From the NCBI GenBank assembly GCA_964501185.1, contig CAZCRT010000002.1, positions 40,080 through 104,079 of the forward strand: a DNA stretch of 64,000 nucleotides, in the 5' to 3' direction. The notes beneath the pieces were generated by a model. That model was not told the DNA's origin, made no database searches, and saw only the letters and a program-made list of their open reading frames with translations. The stretch is from an uncultured Bacteroidia bacterium. Its GTDB lineage: Bacteria; CAIWAD01; BS150m-G50. The translations under genes were made by a program, and so were the position numbers. Shown here piece after piece: positions 9,261-19,042 of the stretch. Every line of letters begins with the position of its first letter. Position 1 is the first letter of the stretch.

Positions 9261-11348
9261 ATGATGTACCGCATTGTACTGCAAATCATGCTGATGATGC
9301 TCACCGTTGCGCTCTGCAACGCCGCAGGAGTGCTCAGTGGCCGTGTGGTTGACGCGGATGACGGCTCTGCTATCAACGGTGCAACGATAACCATCTCAGG
9401 GGTTAACCGGGGCACCAGCAGTGACAGTGACGGCCGTTTTCGGCTTGAAGCAGTTGCTGATGGCAACTACACAGTTGTGATAAGCCATATCGCTTACCAG
9501 ACCAGAACCATACGGCAACTACCGATTTCCACTTTCCAGAATCCCCACCTGCTGCTGGAACTTGAACTCCATGTCTGGCAGAGTGACAGTCTGCAGGTAA
9601 CTGTTTCAGGCAGCTCAATCGTGATCGAGTCCGGGCGTCCGCTCTTCCGGCAACAGCTTCCATCAGCCGCTGATACTGAAACCCGGTTGCGTAAACTGGA
9701 GGAAATCCCCGGTGTGCGCTTACAGCGTGGCAGTGGTGACGGGACGGTGATCTTGCTTGATGGTTGCCCGGCGGAACAGGTACTCGTCTGTGTGGATGGT
9801 GTTCCGCTTAATCCCGGGGGCAGTGCTTCAGTTGATCTGGCAACAGTACCACTGGCTGATGCGAGCAGAGTGGAAGTTGTACGCGGGGCCGGTCAGACAC
9901 TGTTCGGTGGCACCGGTGGTGGTGTGGTTAACTTTGTAACCCTCGATGATCCCACGATGGATAACAGCTATTATTCCATGAGTTCCCTGCCAGCCGTCAA
10001 AGCCGGTTTAAGCGGTAATCATACTCGCTGGAGCTACAATAGTGGTGGGAGTTATTCCAGCGGCAGATATCCTTTCCACGATCCCGCTGCAGGGGGCAGG
10101 CTGGTACGTCAGCGAAACGGTGACAAATTGCATTGTGAGTCTGCTGTCAGTTGGAACCACCAGCAATTGAAAATGAGAAGCGCTGTCAGTGCCGGTGAGC
10201 GTGGATTGCCCCCTTTAATCGATGAGCCTGGTGACACCAGACTGCGGCAGTCCAATCTGCAGTTATCGGTCAGTGGCACCTGGACAGGAAAACGTCAGAA
10301 TCTGCGATTATATGGTAATGCAAACCGTGTAGCTTACGATGCCCCCGCGACAGCAAACTCCCCCCTGTCAATCGCCACCAGTTATCTGCAACTGGACAGC
10401 GGCCTGGGTTGGGAGCTCGACCTTCCTTACAGCAATCTGTTTCTGGCAGCTGTAAATAACGAATACCGGTTCAACGACGAAATTGGTACGGTACCGAAAA
10501 ACCGTGGAAGTCGCAGGCAACTGAGGGGTGGTGGAGCTTTAGAAATACCTGCTTTCGCAAACTTTCCTGCTCTGGAGATCAAAGCAGGTGCAGCAGCAGT
10601 GCTGACACCACGATGTAAACTCAACCCGTTTGTTGGTATCAGTACCGTCAGCCAATTGGGGCAGGGGCAGTTTCATCTCGGTCTTGAACAGGGCTTGCAT
10701 TATCCGGCATTTGCAACACAGTTTCCGCTGGAGGCCTTTCAGGTGCGGGGCAATCCCGACCTGTTGCCGGAACGGTTCCTCGAGCTGCGTGCCGGATGGC
10801 TGCAGAGCGGTGACAGATTGACCTGGCAGCTGGAATATTCCCACAAACTGTCACGGGATCTGATTCGCTGGCAGCGGGGGAACGGGAATGTCTACCGGCC
10901 CGTAAACCTGGATCGCGCCCTGATTCAATCACTGACCGGTTATTTCCGTTATCAGTTGAAACCACAGGCCACCTGCAGCGGTAGTCTGCAGCTACAGGAC
11001 CCCCGCAACAGGACTGCAGGTGATATCAACGAGGGATTGATTCTGCCACTGCGTCAACTGCTGGCCGGTTATCTGCGCGTATCACTGGACAGAGCTGAAT
11101 ACTTCGGTGACATCACACTGCAGTATGGCAGCAGGCAGTATACGCTGGCAGCTAACACCTCACATCTCTCGCTGGGATTCAGGGATCTCGACCCCTACAC
11201 ATTGACATCCGCCTCCCTTGGCAGGAAGCTCTCCGTTTGGGAGCTGGTGCTTCGGGTTGACAACATCTTCAATCAGGATCTGCAGCGTCTGGAAAGGCGT
11301 GTGGAACCGCTGCGTACATTCAACTTCCTGGTGCAGCGGAAGTTCTGA
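9261..11348 (+). CDS. TonB-dependent outer-membrane receptor with N-terminal carboxypeptidase-regulatory-like domain
   Basis: Signal peptide, a CarbD-like beta-sandwich (GRVVDADDGSAINGATITI...GRFRL), a plug-like segment, a long beta-barrel region and a C-terminal aromatic residue (ends ...LVQRKF). Confidence 0.75.
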   Translation: MMYRIVLQIMLMMLTVALCNAAGVLSGRVVDADDGSAINGATITISGVNRGTSSDSDGRFRLEAVADGNYTVVISHIAYQTRTIRQLPISTFQNPHLLLELELHVWQSDSLQVTVSGSSIVIESGRPLFRQQLPSAADTETRLRKLEEIPGVRLQRGSGDGTVILLDGCPAEQVLVCVDGVPLNPGGSASVDLATVPLADASRVEVVRGAGQTLFGGTGGGVVNFVTLDDPTMDNSYYSMSSLPAVKAGLSGNHTRWSYNSGGSYSSGRYPFHDPAAGGRLVRQRNGDKLHCESAVSWNHQQLKMRSAVSAGERGLPPLIDEPGDTRLRQSNLQLSVSGTWTGKRQNLRLYGNANRVAYDAPATANSPLSIATSYLQLDSGLGWELDLPYSNLFLAAVNNEYRFNDEIGTVPKNRGSRRQLRGGGALEIPAFANFPALEIKAGAAAVLTPRCKLNPFVGISTVSQLGQGQFHLGLEQGLHYPAFATQFPLEAFQVRGNPDLLPERFLELRAGWLQSGDRLTWQLEYSHKLSRDLIRWQRGNGNVYRPVNLDRALIQSLTGYFRYQLKPQATCSGSLQLQDPRNRTAGDINEGLILPLRQLLAGYLRVSLDRAEYFGDITLQYGSRQYTLAANTSHLSLGFRDLDPYTLTSASLGRKLSVWELVLRVDNIFNQDLQRLERRVEPLRTFNFLVQRKF

Positions 11349-11504
11349 TCGCATCATTTCTTAACCAGAGCAGTTTTCCAGTAACTTCACCAGGGATAGC
11401 TCTCAATCCGGGAATCCATACCCACATTCTTCCAGGCAACACTCTTATGAAGTAAATATATACCATTCGATTATTACCATAATTAATAAAAAGAGAGATA
11501 AAAC

Positions 11505-11530
11505 TTGACATATACAATATTAAATGTCAA
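11505..11530. promoter_or_regulatory. perfect 7-bp inverted repeat TTGACAT-N12-ATGTCAA, a candidate operator, 24 nt upstream of the DUF2089 start
   Basis: Read directly from sequence. The left half-site coincides with a consensus -35 hexamer TTGACA. A strong SD AAGGAGG follows at about 11543-11549. Confidence 0.35.
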
Positions 11531-11553
11531 AATAATTCAGAAAAGGAGGTCGC

Positions 11554-11946
11554 ATGTTTAAAACTGAATGTCCGGTTTGTGAAAATCAACTGCAGATCAG
11601 CAGCTATCAGTGCCCGGAATGTGGTACAGGTGTAAACGGCAATTTTCCACCACGTACTTTCGATATACTGGGTGAAGCGGAAGAAGATTTCGTAATCACC
11701 TTCCTGGTCTGTGGGGGAAGTATCAAACAGGTAGAAAAACGCCTGGGAATTTCATATCCCACCGTCAAATCCCGTTTACGCAGGATTGTTGAGCTGCTCG
11801 GAGCACAGGTGGATGTTATGGAAACCGAGCTTAGAAGTAAAAGTGATGAAAAGGTTCTCAGGGAACTGAGCTCAGGAAAAATCGATGCGCAGGAAGCGAT
11901 TCGCCGGTTGCGCAATGACCAGATGGGAGAGAATGATGAAGACTGA
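11554..11946 (+). CDS. DUF2089-family protein (N-terminal zinc ribbon CPxC...CPxC plus C-terminal HTH)
   Basis: CPVCENQL...CPECG zinc ribbon followed by GGSIKQVEKRLGISYPTVKSRLRRI HTH-like helix. Strong SD. Confidence 0.55.
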   Translation: MFKTECPVCENQLQISSYQCPECGTGVNGNFPPRTFDILGEAEEDFVITFLVCGGSIKQVEKRLGISYPTVKSRLRRIVELLGAQVDVMETELRSKSDEKVLRELSSGKIDAQEAIRRLRNDQMGENDED

Positions 11947-12337
11947 ACAAGAACAGGTATTGGAAATGTTGGCCGAAGGTAAAGTAACGGTTGAAGAAGC
12001 ACAGCAACTGCTGGATGCACTTAACCAGAAACAGGAAGTGGCGCAGGAAGCGGAAATTGATATTTCAGGACTGCCTGCTAAAAGAGGTGGGCTGTTCCGT
12101 AAACCCCGCATGATATACATCGTGGTGGTCGAGAATGGCAAGAAGAAGGTAAATATCCGGATCCCTCTGGCACTGGCAAAGGTTGGTATGCGTTTTGTAC
12201 CGGATGATGTAGTAGATGTAGCCGGTGAGAAGATAAACCTGGATGAGATTTTCGATGCCATTCACGATGGTGTGGATGGAAATCTGGTTGAAGTTGACGA
12301 TGAAAAAGGCAATCAGGTGCGTATCTTTGTAAAATAG
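11933..12337 (+). CDS. SHOCT-like/DUF2089-associated small protein (hypothetical)
   Basis: Starts MMKTEQEQVLEMLAEGKVTVEEAQQLLDAL, a SHOCT-like motif. ATGATG start with GGGAGAGA SD. 14-nt overlap with the DUF2089 gene. The ORF track shows a longer upstream extension that I consider untranslated. Confidence 0.4.
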   Translation: MMKTEQEQVLEMLAEGKVTVEEAQQLLDALNQKQEVAQEAEIDISGLPAKRGGLFRKPRMIYIVVVENGKKKVNIRIPLALAKVGMRFVPDDVVDVAGEKINLDEIFDAIHDGVDGNLVEVDDEKGNQVRIFVK

Positions 12338-12346
12338 GGCAGGCTG

Positions 12347-13798
12347 TCATCCTTTGAGGACTGCTAAGGGACGCAGGCGCGCTACGCTGCGGGCAATTCC
12401 CGCTTCCTCTATCGCTGTGACGACCTGTGCTACATCCTTGTATGCCTCCGGCATCTCTTCGGCAATCGTACTCTTGTTGCGTGCCATGACGGCAATCCCT
12501 CTGCCGGCGAGTTCATCAATGACAGAGCGTCCCCTGGCATGTTTCAAGGCCTGCCTGCGACTCATCATCCGCCCGGCACCATGGCAGGCGGAACCGAAAG
12601 TAGAACGCATCGCCTGCTCACTGCCGACCATCACCCAGGAGTAGCGGCCCATGTCACCCGGGATCAGCACCGGCTGGCCAAGGTCACGTAAGGAGGCGGG
12701 CAGGGCGCTGTGGCCGGGGCCGAAAGCACGGGTAGCCCCTTTTCGGTGTACACAAACCTGTTTCTGTTTACCATCCACCAGATGTTTTTCGATCTTGGCG
12801 ATATTGTGTGCTACTTCATAAACGGTATTGAGAGCAGCATCCTGCTCTGTAAGCCGTAAGCCCTGCCTGAAAGCTTTCCTGACCTGATGAGTCAAAAGTT
12901 GCCGGTTGGCAAAACCGAAATTGACCGCGCAATTCATGGCTGTCAGATACTCCTGCCCCTCCGGTGATCTGATCGGTGCGCAGCAAAGCTGCCGGTCCGG
13001 CAACTCGATATGGTACTTTTCACAGGCTCGCAGCATATCGCGGATGGCGTCATCACAAACCTGATGACCCAGACCGCGGGAACCGGTGTGGATTGTAACT
13101 GTAACAGTGCCCATTTTCAAACCGAGTCGTTCAGCAGCAGCCCGGTCAAACAGTTGGGCTACATACCCTACCTCTACAAAGTGGTTGCCACTGCCCAGTG
13201 TGCCCAGTTGCGGCCGCCCCCTGCCCAGTGCTCTTTCACTGAGCGCTGCCGGATCTGCATTCCTGATACAGCCATTTTCCTCGATCCTGTCCAGATCACT
13301 CTCGACACCATAACCCTGTTTCACTGCCCAGGCTGCACCTTCACGCAGTACCGCTTTGAGCTCCTGCTCCTTCAGTAGCAGTCGTCCACTGCCTCCCACA
13401 CCGGCCGGAATCTGTTGATAGAGAGTTTTCAGAAGTTCCGTCAAATGAGGACGAACCTGTTCCAGCTGCAGTCTGCTGGAAAGCAATCGCACGCCACAGT
13501 TAATATCATACCCGACACCACCGGGAGAGATAACCCCATCCTCCATGGAGAAAGCAGCCACGCCACCGATCGGAAAACCGTACCCCCAGTGGATATCAGG
13601 CATGGCGATCGCAGCGTTAATGATACCCGGCAGCGTGGCTACATTGCGCACCTGCTGCAGTGCGTTATCCCGGGTGATAGTTTCAAGCATATCTTCGCTG
13701 GCATAGATATGCCCCGGAACCAGCATCCCCTCACGGCGTGGCAGCTCCCAGACACCCGGTGCGAGTCGCTGCAGCATATCTCTATTGGTATTATTCAT
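12347..13798 (-). CDS. rtcB: RNA-splicing ligase RtcB (3'-phosphate/5'-OH RNA ligase)
   Basis: Full-length RtcB-like protein (483 aa) with GSGNHFVEVGYV, CHGAGRMMSR and other RtcB metal/GTP-site motifs. Confidence 0.85.
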   Translation of the reverse strand: MNNTNRDMLQRLAPGVWELPRREGMLVPGHIYASEDMLETITRDNALQQVRNVATLPGIINAAIAMPDIHWGYGFPIGGVAAFSMEDGVISPGGVGYDINCGVRLLSSRLQLEQVRPHLTELLKTLYQQIPAGVGGSGRLLLKEQELKAVLREGAAWAVKQGYGVESDLDRIEENGCIRNADPAALSERALGRGRPQLGTLGSGNHFVEVGYVAQLFDRAAAERLGLKMGTVTVTIHTGSRGLGHQVCDDAIRDMLRACEKYHIELPDRQLCCAPIRSPEGQEYLTAMNCAVNFGFANRQLLTHQVRKAFRQGLRLTEQDAALNTVYEVAHNIAKIEKHLVDGKQKQVCVHRKGATRAFGPGHSALPASLRDLGQPVLIPGDMGRYSWVMVGSEQAMRSTFGSACHGAGRMMSRRQALKHARGRSVIDELAGRGIAVMARNKSTIAEEMPEAYKDVAQVVTAIEEAGIARSVARLRPLAVLKG

Positions 13799-13812
13799 GG
13801 TAAACTGCTGTT

Positions 13813-14250
13813 TTAGATATCGAAGATGACTCGTGCTGTCCAGTTCTGATCCTCGATCTGACGCACTTCCAGCTGATGGAAGGTGATCGCTTTTATTTCA
13901 CGCAGCAGCTGATGCCGCTCGGGGTCGAACTTGTTACCGGATAATCCTGCCTTCAGCTGTGTTCCGGAAATCTCCAGTTCATACTCCCGGTACAGATTGC
14001 CCAGAACAGAGAAATGGTAATTCAGTTCTGTAAGCCAGCTGACCAGCAGTGTTTCAACATCATCTTCTTCAAGCGTTATCTCCTGTACATCTCTGGCAGA
14101 AACAGCTGCCGGATTTTCCAGCAGAACGGCGTAGAAACCGTGAGCAGCCTGCCTGAACAGTTCCGTTAATGATGGAGCGCGCAGGATCAACCCGGTGTCA
14201 CCGGTGTGATCGAGCAGATTGAAGGAAGCTGTTTCTGAATCAGGTTTCAT
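13813..14250 (-). CDS. archease (RtcB activator)
   Basis: 145-aa protein with LLDHTGDTGL archease N-terminal motif, immediately upstream of rtcB (14-nt spacing). Confidence 0.75.
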   Translation of the reverse strand: MKPDSETASFNLLDHTGDTGLILRAPSLTELFRQAAHGFYAVLLENPAAVSARDVQEITLEEDDVETLLVSWLTELNYHFSVLGNLYREYELEISGTQLKAGLSGNKFDPERHQLLREIKAITFHQLEVRQIEDQNWTARVIFDI

Positions 14251-14360
14251 TCCTATCCTGTTTGCTGACCGGGATGATTGTTTTGCAATTTAGAAAGCCA
14301 CGTGATAAAATACAAATCCAACTACACATGACGCTACTGCTACCCACAGGAGGGATTATG

Positions 14361-15770
14361 AAAACCTATCTGCGTATCACAATGTTTACCGCATTACTGC
14401 TGACACTCATCGGGTGCCATGGTGGTTCTCCTGATTCTAAAGTCGATTCCTTTAATGTTGAGATCACTCTCCAGTCGGATGCCGGTATAGTTCTCAGCGA
14501 TCTGCACTACTATCTCTTTGAATACCCTTCAGCACCTGATCTGGAAGAGATTCGCAGCATCTATCCCAACCTGGGTCCAGCGGCGGAACTGGTCACTCTA
14601 CCCGCTCTGTCTGCTGATTTTGAGCAGGCCTACACCGATCAACCTGACAATAACACACTGTCATTCGATTCAATACCAATAGCGGATTATGTGCTCTGGG
14701 TGGAGGGGAACACAGTTCCGACTCAGCGTTTTCTGATCCGTGCTGATCTGGAGAATCCGGTGGTGCGTATCCGCAGCGGTTCTGTGATTGATGGACTGAA
14801 TCTGTTGAGTGATACAACTCTTACCCTGAATATCTATGAAGTGACGGATGAGATTATCGTTGGTGAAGGTGCTACCCTTACCATTGCCGAGGGTACCGAA
14901 CTGCGTTTTGCACCAGATGTCGGTATCACAGTCAACGGTGGCAGTCTCCACATCAGCAGCAGTGCGGGGCAGCCGGTCCTTTTCCTCGGACGTGAGGAGA
15001 TAGTTGGTGACCCTCAATGGAAGGGCATCAGGCTTCATGATCCGATCGAGCCATTCCTGCTGGACAGGGCTCTCTTCATGCATGCCGATACCGCTCTGGC
15101 ATTCAGTGATGGTGGCGATATCACTCTTTCCCATTCGATCTTCGTTGACAATGGTTGTGCCTTGTATGGTGAAGGTGATTTCTATCTGACAAATTTGCGT
15201 TTCTCCTACAATGCTAACGCGATAAGTATTGCAACGGGTACAGTTGATCTTAATGCTTCAATTATGATGTTGCAGTCGGAGAATGGTCTTGAGGTGGGAC
15301 CGAACTGCAGATTACAACTTGAGAACAACTGGTTCGAAGCCTGCTACCGGGCGCTCGACATTCATGAAAACTGCCGGGGTACTGTCACGAACAATGTTTT
15401 CAGTGGAACAACCTGGGAAACTGTACGATTGGACACACCTGACAGCCTTGCTATGTCAAGAAACACATTTCACGCTACAGTGCTTCTCGATTTTCGACTC
15501 ACTTTTACTAATTCGTATGAAGCGTTTTTCATACAGGAAAATAATCTGCTGCGGGGAAATGTGCTGAATCCGATTCTTACTGTTGTCAGCCATGTACCGG
15601 ACGATATGCAGCTCTTTCTGCAGTACAATTACTGGAATACAACTGACAGCGACCTCATCCAGAGTCATTTCCAGATAACCGGAAATGTGGAACCGGACTT
15701 TCTGCCATTGGAATTAGGACTGCTTCCAGATGCTGGCCCCTGGGGAAACTATCCTTATGGGATTCAGTAA
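14361..15770 (+). CDS. lipoprotein with parallel beta-helix-like repeats (hypothetical)
   Basis: ATG at 14361 with AGGAGGGATT SD. Signal peptide plus lipobox LTLIGC. Repetitive N/G/T-rich segments. The track ORF starts further upstream at 14262. Confidence 0.4.
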   Translation, partial: KTYLRITMFTALLLTLIGCHGGSPDSKVDSFNVEITLQSDAGIVLSDLHYYLFEYPSAPDLEEIRSIYPNLGPAAELVTLPALSADFEQAYTDQPDNNTLSFDSIPIADYVLWVEGNTVPTQRFLIRADLENPVVRIRSGSVIDGLNLLSDTTLTLNIYEVTDEIIVGEGATLTIAEGTELRFAPDVGITVNGGSLHISSSAGQPVLFLGREEIVGDPQWKGIRLHDPIEPFLLDRALFMHADTALAFSDGGDITLSHSIFVDNGCALYGEGDFYLTNLRFSYNANAISIATGTVDLNASIMMLQSENGLEVGPNCRLQLENNWFEACYRALDIHENCRGTVTNNVFSGTTWETVRLDTPDSLAMSRNTFHATVLLDFRLTFTNSYEAFFIQENNLLRGNVLNPILTVVSHVPDDMQLFLQYNYWNTTDSDLIQSHFQITGNVEPDFLPLELGLLPDAGPWGNYPYGIQ

Positions 15771-15850
15771 CAGCTGTTGTACGGAAAATCAGATTTGTGA
15801 GACATCTTTCTGGGAAATCAGCCTGACAGGCTACCAGAGCAGGAGAAACA

Positions 15851-17218
15851 GTGCAGGACGTGATACAACAGCTTCAGCAGGACAGCAGCAACGCACTGGC
15901 GGAACTGCAGCAGTTCGTAAAGATGGCGACGGTATCGACTCTGCCGGAAAAAGCATCTGAACTGAGAGAGTGTGCAGGTTTTCTCACCGATATACTCGGT
16001 GAAGCAGGGCTGGAGCATGTTGAGATTCTGGAGACCGGTGGACATCCGGCGGTTTACGCTGACTGGTTACATGCAGAAAATGCGCCAACTATCCTGATTT
16101 ACGGTCATTATGATGTGCAACCGGTTGATCCTCTGGAGTTGTGGCACGCTGATCCGTTTGATCCACAGATTATAGATAATCATCTGGTTGCCCGCGGTTC
16201 CAGCGACGACAAAGGCCAGGTTCACATGCATATCCGGGCTGTTCGTGCCTGGTTGCAGAGCCGGGGAACCCTTCCCCTGAATGTGAAATTCCTGATCGAA
16301 GGGGAGGAGGAAATCGCCTCAGTTAATCTGCCGGTACTGCTGGAGAGGGAAAGAGAACGATTCCAGGCTGATCTGCTGGTTGTCTCCGATTCCAACATGG
16401 TCAATCCCGATCAACCGGCTATCAGCTACGGCCTGCGTGGATTGGCGTACCTGGAAGTCAATCTGACCGGCCCCAATCGGGACCTGCACTCCGGTATCTT
16501 CGGCGGGGCTGTGCTCAATCCCTTGCAGGAGGCTGCCCGATTGATAAATCTGCTGCATGACGACAGGGGACGGATCGCCATCCCCCATTTTTACGATGAT
16601 GTGATTCCGCTGGCTGAAGCGGAGCGGGAGCAACTTGCCGGACTGCCTTTTGACAGGGAGGAATTTCAACGGGAGCTCGGTGTTGATGCGCTGGCTGGAG
16701 AGGCTGGTTTCACTGAACTGGAACAGATGGGGGCAAGACCCACCTGCGAGATAAATGGTCTGCTGGGTGGTTACACAGATGCTGGAGCCAAGACGGTATT
16801 GCCGTCCCGGGCAATGTTCAAGATAAGTTTCAGGCTGGTCCCCGATCAAACACCGGAGCGGGTGATGGAACTATTGGAGAACTTCCTGAAGGAGCAGGTC
16901 AGAGAAGGGGTACAGCTTGAGATAACCCGTTTTGCGGGGGGCTATCCTGTTTTAACACCCTGGAACAGTTCTGTTGTCGGGGCTGCATCACGAGCACTTG
17001 CAAGTGGATTCGGTGTTGAGCCGGTGTTGTTGCGGGAGGGTGGCTCTATTCCTGTCGTCGCTGATATCCAGCGAATGCTGGACATACCTCCGTTGTTAAT
17101 CGGTTTCGGTCTGCCTGACAGCCGGATACACAGTCCCAATGAGAATTTCAACCTCGATGTATACGAGCGTGGCAGTGTGAGCCTGGTTCATTTGTTAGAG
17201 GAACTGGCTGCTTCATAG
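15851..17218 (+). CDS. M20/M25/M40 family metallopeptidase (dipeptidase-like)
   Basis: YGHYDVQPVDPLELWHADPF and GSSDDKGQ motifs of M20 peptidases. GTG start with AGGAGAAACA SD. Confidence 0.75.
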   Translation: MQDVIQQLQQDSSNALAELQQFVKMATVSTLPEKASELRECAGFLTDILGEAGLEHVEILETGGHPAVYADWLHAENAPTILIYGHYDVQPVDPLELWHADPFDPQIIDNHLVARGSSDDKGQVHMHIRAVRAWLQSRGTLPLNVKFLIEGEEEIASVNLPVLLERERERFQADLLVVSDSNMVNPDQPAISYGLRGLAYLEVNLTGPNRDLHSGIFGGAVLNPLQEAARLINLLHDDRGRIAIPHFYDDVIPLAEAEREQLAGLPFDREEFQRELGVDALAGEAGFTELEQMGARPTCEINGLLGGYTDAGAKTVLPSRAMFKISFRLVPDQTPERVMELLENFLKEQVREGVQLEITRFAGGYPVLTPWNSSVVGAASRALASGFGVEPVLLREGGSIPVVADIQRMLDIPPLLIGFGLPDSRIHSPNENFNLDVYERGSVSLVHLLEELAAS

Positions 17219-17344
17219 TCGATACAACAGCTTCATGTATATCACCCCCTGAATTGAATTTCCCACCTCCTTGACTTTTGCAGTATATCATATTATTATT
17301 AATGATCTTCAAATCATATGCTGTAGTGTACCAAGGGAGCAAGC

Positions 17345-18970
17345 ATGCCGACGCAGAAAAAAACAACTACCGGTTCAGCAACACGTCGCACCGGTAAATC
17401 TACTTCCCGGAAAACAGTTCCTGTATTCAGGACGGCTGTATCCACTGGCGAGAAGCGGATGACATTCAAAGTCTCAGGTGGTTATCGTCTGGAGTTGCCT
17501 GATGGAAAAGGGAGAATACAACGAGTTACACAGAAGCGGATCTGGCGTGTACAACGGCAAGAGAGTACCAGTGCGAAATTTGCTTTCGCAATAAAACTTG
17601 ATGAATTCACAAATGTGGAAGAAGCTCAGCTTCAGCTTAAAGAGCTGGAAGAGCTGGGTTATGAAACCAGAATTCACACACTGGGTCGCAAGCTGGAGTT
17701 TGGAAGGTTTGTACACGACAACCGACGCTACCAGGTAATTGTTGGTTGTTGTGAATCTGAAGAGGAGATCGAGGAGCTGCAGCAGGAGTTGGAGAAGTAT
17801 CAGACTGAGATATTCCGTGAGCGGATAGAGGAGCCTGCCGGCCGTTTTGAAATATTCGATCTGGAGTATGACAAGCATACCATGGTGGACAATGTTGCCC
17901 GTCTGATTCCGGAGACACCTGAATCCCGTTTGACACTGCTGAAGACGAAAGTGTTTTCAGGTAATTCCAGGGTTGAAAGGGAAGATCTGGATTTCAGTGG
18001 TGTGATCGAATTCAGAGTGGAGAATGGTGGTTTGATGCTGGCCATCAACGAAGTGGAACTTGATGACTATGTGCTGGCAGTGATTGCCGCTGAACAGGAT
18101 GGTGACTACCCACGGGAAGCGCTGAAGGCTAAAGCTATCGCAGTCAGAAGTCTCGCGCTGGCTGAGCTGGCGTTGCAGCATCCCTGGGATGACTACGATT
18201 TCTGTGCACATGATCATTGCCAGAAGTACAAAGGTGTAACCACAATCCACGAGTTGCAGGAGAAGGCAGTCAGTATGACACGCGGCCGGGTACTGCTTTT
18301 TGATAAACAGGTCGCACATACCAGGTATACTCCCGTCTGTGGTGGGCACCTAGAAGCAGGTGAGAATATTTTTGCTATCCCGCAGGTTAAGTACCTGCCC
18401 GGTATGGCAGATAAGAGCGATCATGCCCGTCGCCGTAACCGTGTTGATCTCTCTATTGAGACTAATGCCTGCGAATGGATAAAGACAGAACCTTCGACTT
18501 TCTGTAATGTGACAGTACGCAGCAGTCAACAGGTTTACGAACAGTCCCGCCGTTATTTCCGCTGGCGCGAAACATACCAGCGACGTGAGCTTGAGGATGT
18601 AATAACACGCAGGACCGGTGTTGAAATTGGCACTCTTTACGAGATCATTCCGATCAGGCGCGGTAAGAGCGGTCGTATCCTGGAGCTGGAAATCATTGGC
18701 AGTCGGAATAATCTCATGATAACTGGTGATATGGATATTCGCCGGGTACTCAGCAATTCAGAACTGCTCTCAAGCTGCTTTTTCATTGAAGTGGAGTACA
18801 CTGATCTCAATGAACCGCTGAATTTCATCATTCATGGTGCGGGTCATGGACATGGTGTAGGTATGTGCGAAACCGGCGCCGGTACCCTGGCAGCTGAAAA
18901 GGGGTTTAAGTTTAAAGAGATTCTGGAACACTACTATACCGGAATCGAAGTGAAGAAGATATACAGTTAG
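17345..18970 (+). CDS. SpoIID/LytB-domain protein with N-terminal SPOR-like domain
   Basis: C-terminal FIIHGAGHGHGVGMCETGA...FKEILEHYYTG matches the SpoIID/LytB signature. The N-terminal ~130 aa resemble a SPOR peptidoglycan-binding domain. Confidence 0.65.
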   Translation: MPTQKKTTTGSATRRTGKSTSRKTVPVFRTAVSTGEKRMTFKVSGGYRLELPDGKGRIQRVTQKRIWRVQRQESTSAKFAFAIKLDEFTNVEEAQLQLKELEELGYETRIHTLGRKLEFGRFVHDNRRYQVIVGCCESEEEIEELQQELEKYQTEIFRERIEEPAGRFEIFDLEYDKHTMVDNVARLIPETPESRLTLLKTKVFSGNSRVEREDLDFSGVIEFRVENGGLMLAINEVELDDYVLAVIAAEQDGDYPREALKAKAIAVRSLALAELALQHPWDDYDFCAHDHCQKYKGVTTIHELQEKAVSMTRGRVLLFDKQVAHTRYTPVCGGHLEAGENIFAIPQVKYLPGMADKSDHARRRNRVDLSIETNACEWIKTEPSTFCNVTVRSSQQVYEQSRRYFRWRETYQRRELEDVITRRTGVEIGTLYEIIPIRRGKSGRILELEIIGSRNNLMITGDMDIRRVLSNSELLSSCFFIEVEYTDLNEPLNFIIHGAGHGHGVGMCETGAGTLAAEKGFKFKEILEHYYTGIEVKKIYS

Positions 18971-19042
18971 ATACTGTCTCTACTCAGTAGCGCAGCATTT
19001 CATGCTGTGGTACGATTGATCTGCTGGAAAGGAAGAGAACTG

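Noticed and set aside
11885-11932. Upstream extension of the SHOCT-like gene (track start 11885)
   Set aside because: The extension overlaps the DUF2089 C-terminus in another frame. ATGATG at 11933 has a proper SD and gives a sensible N-terminus.
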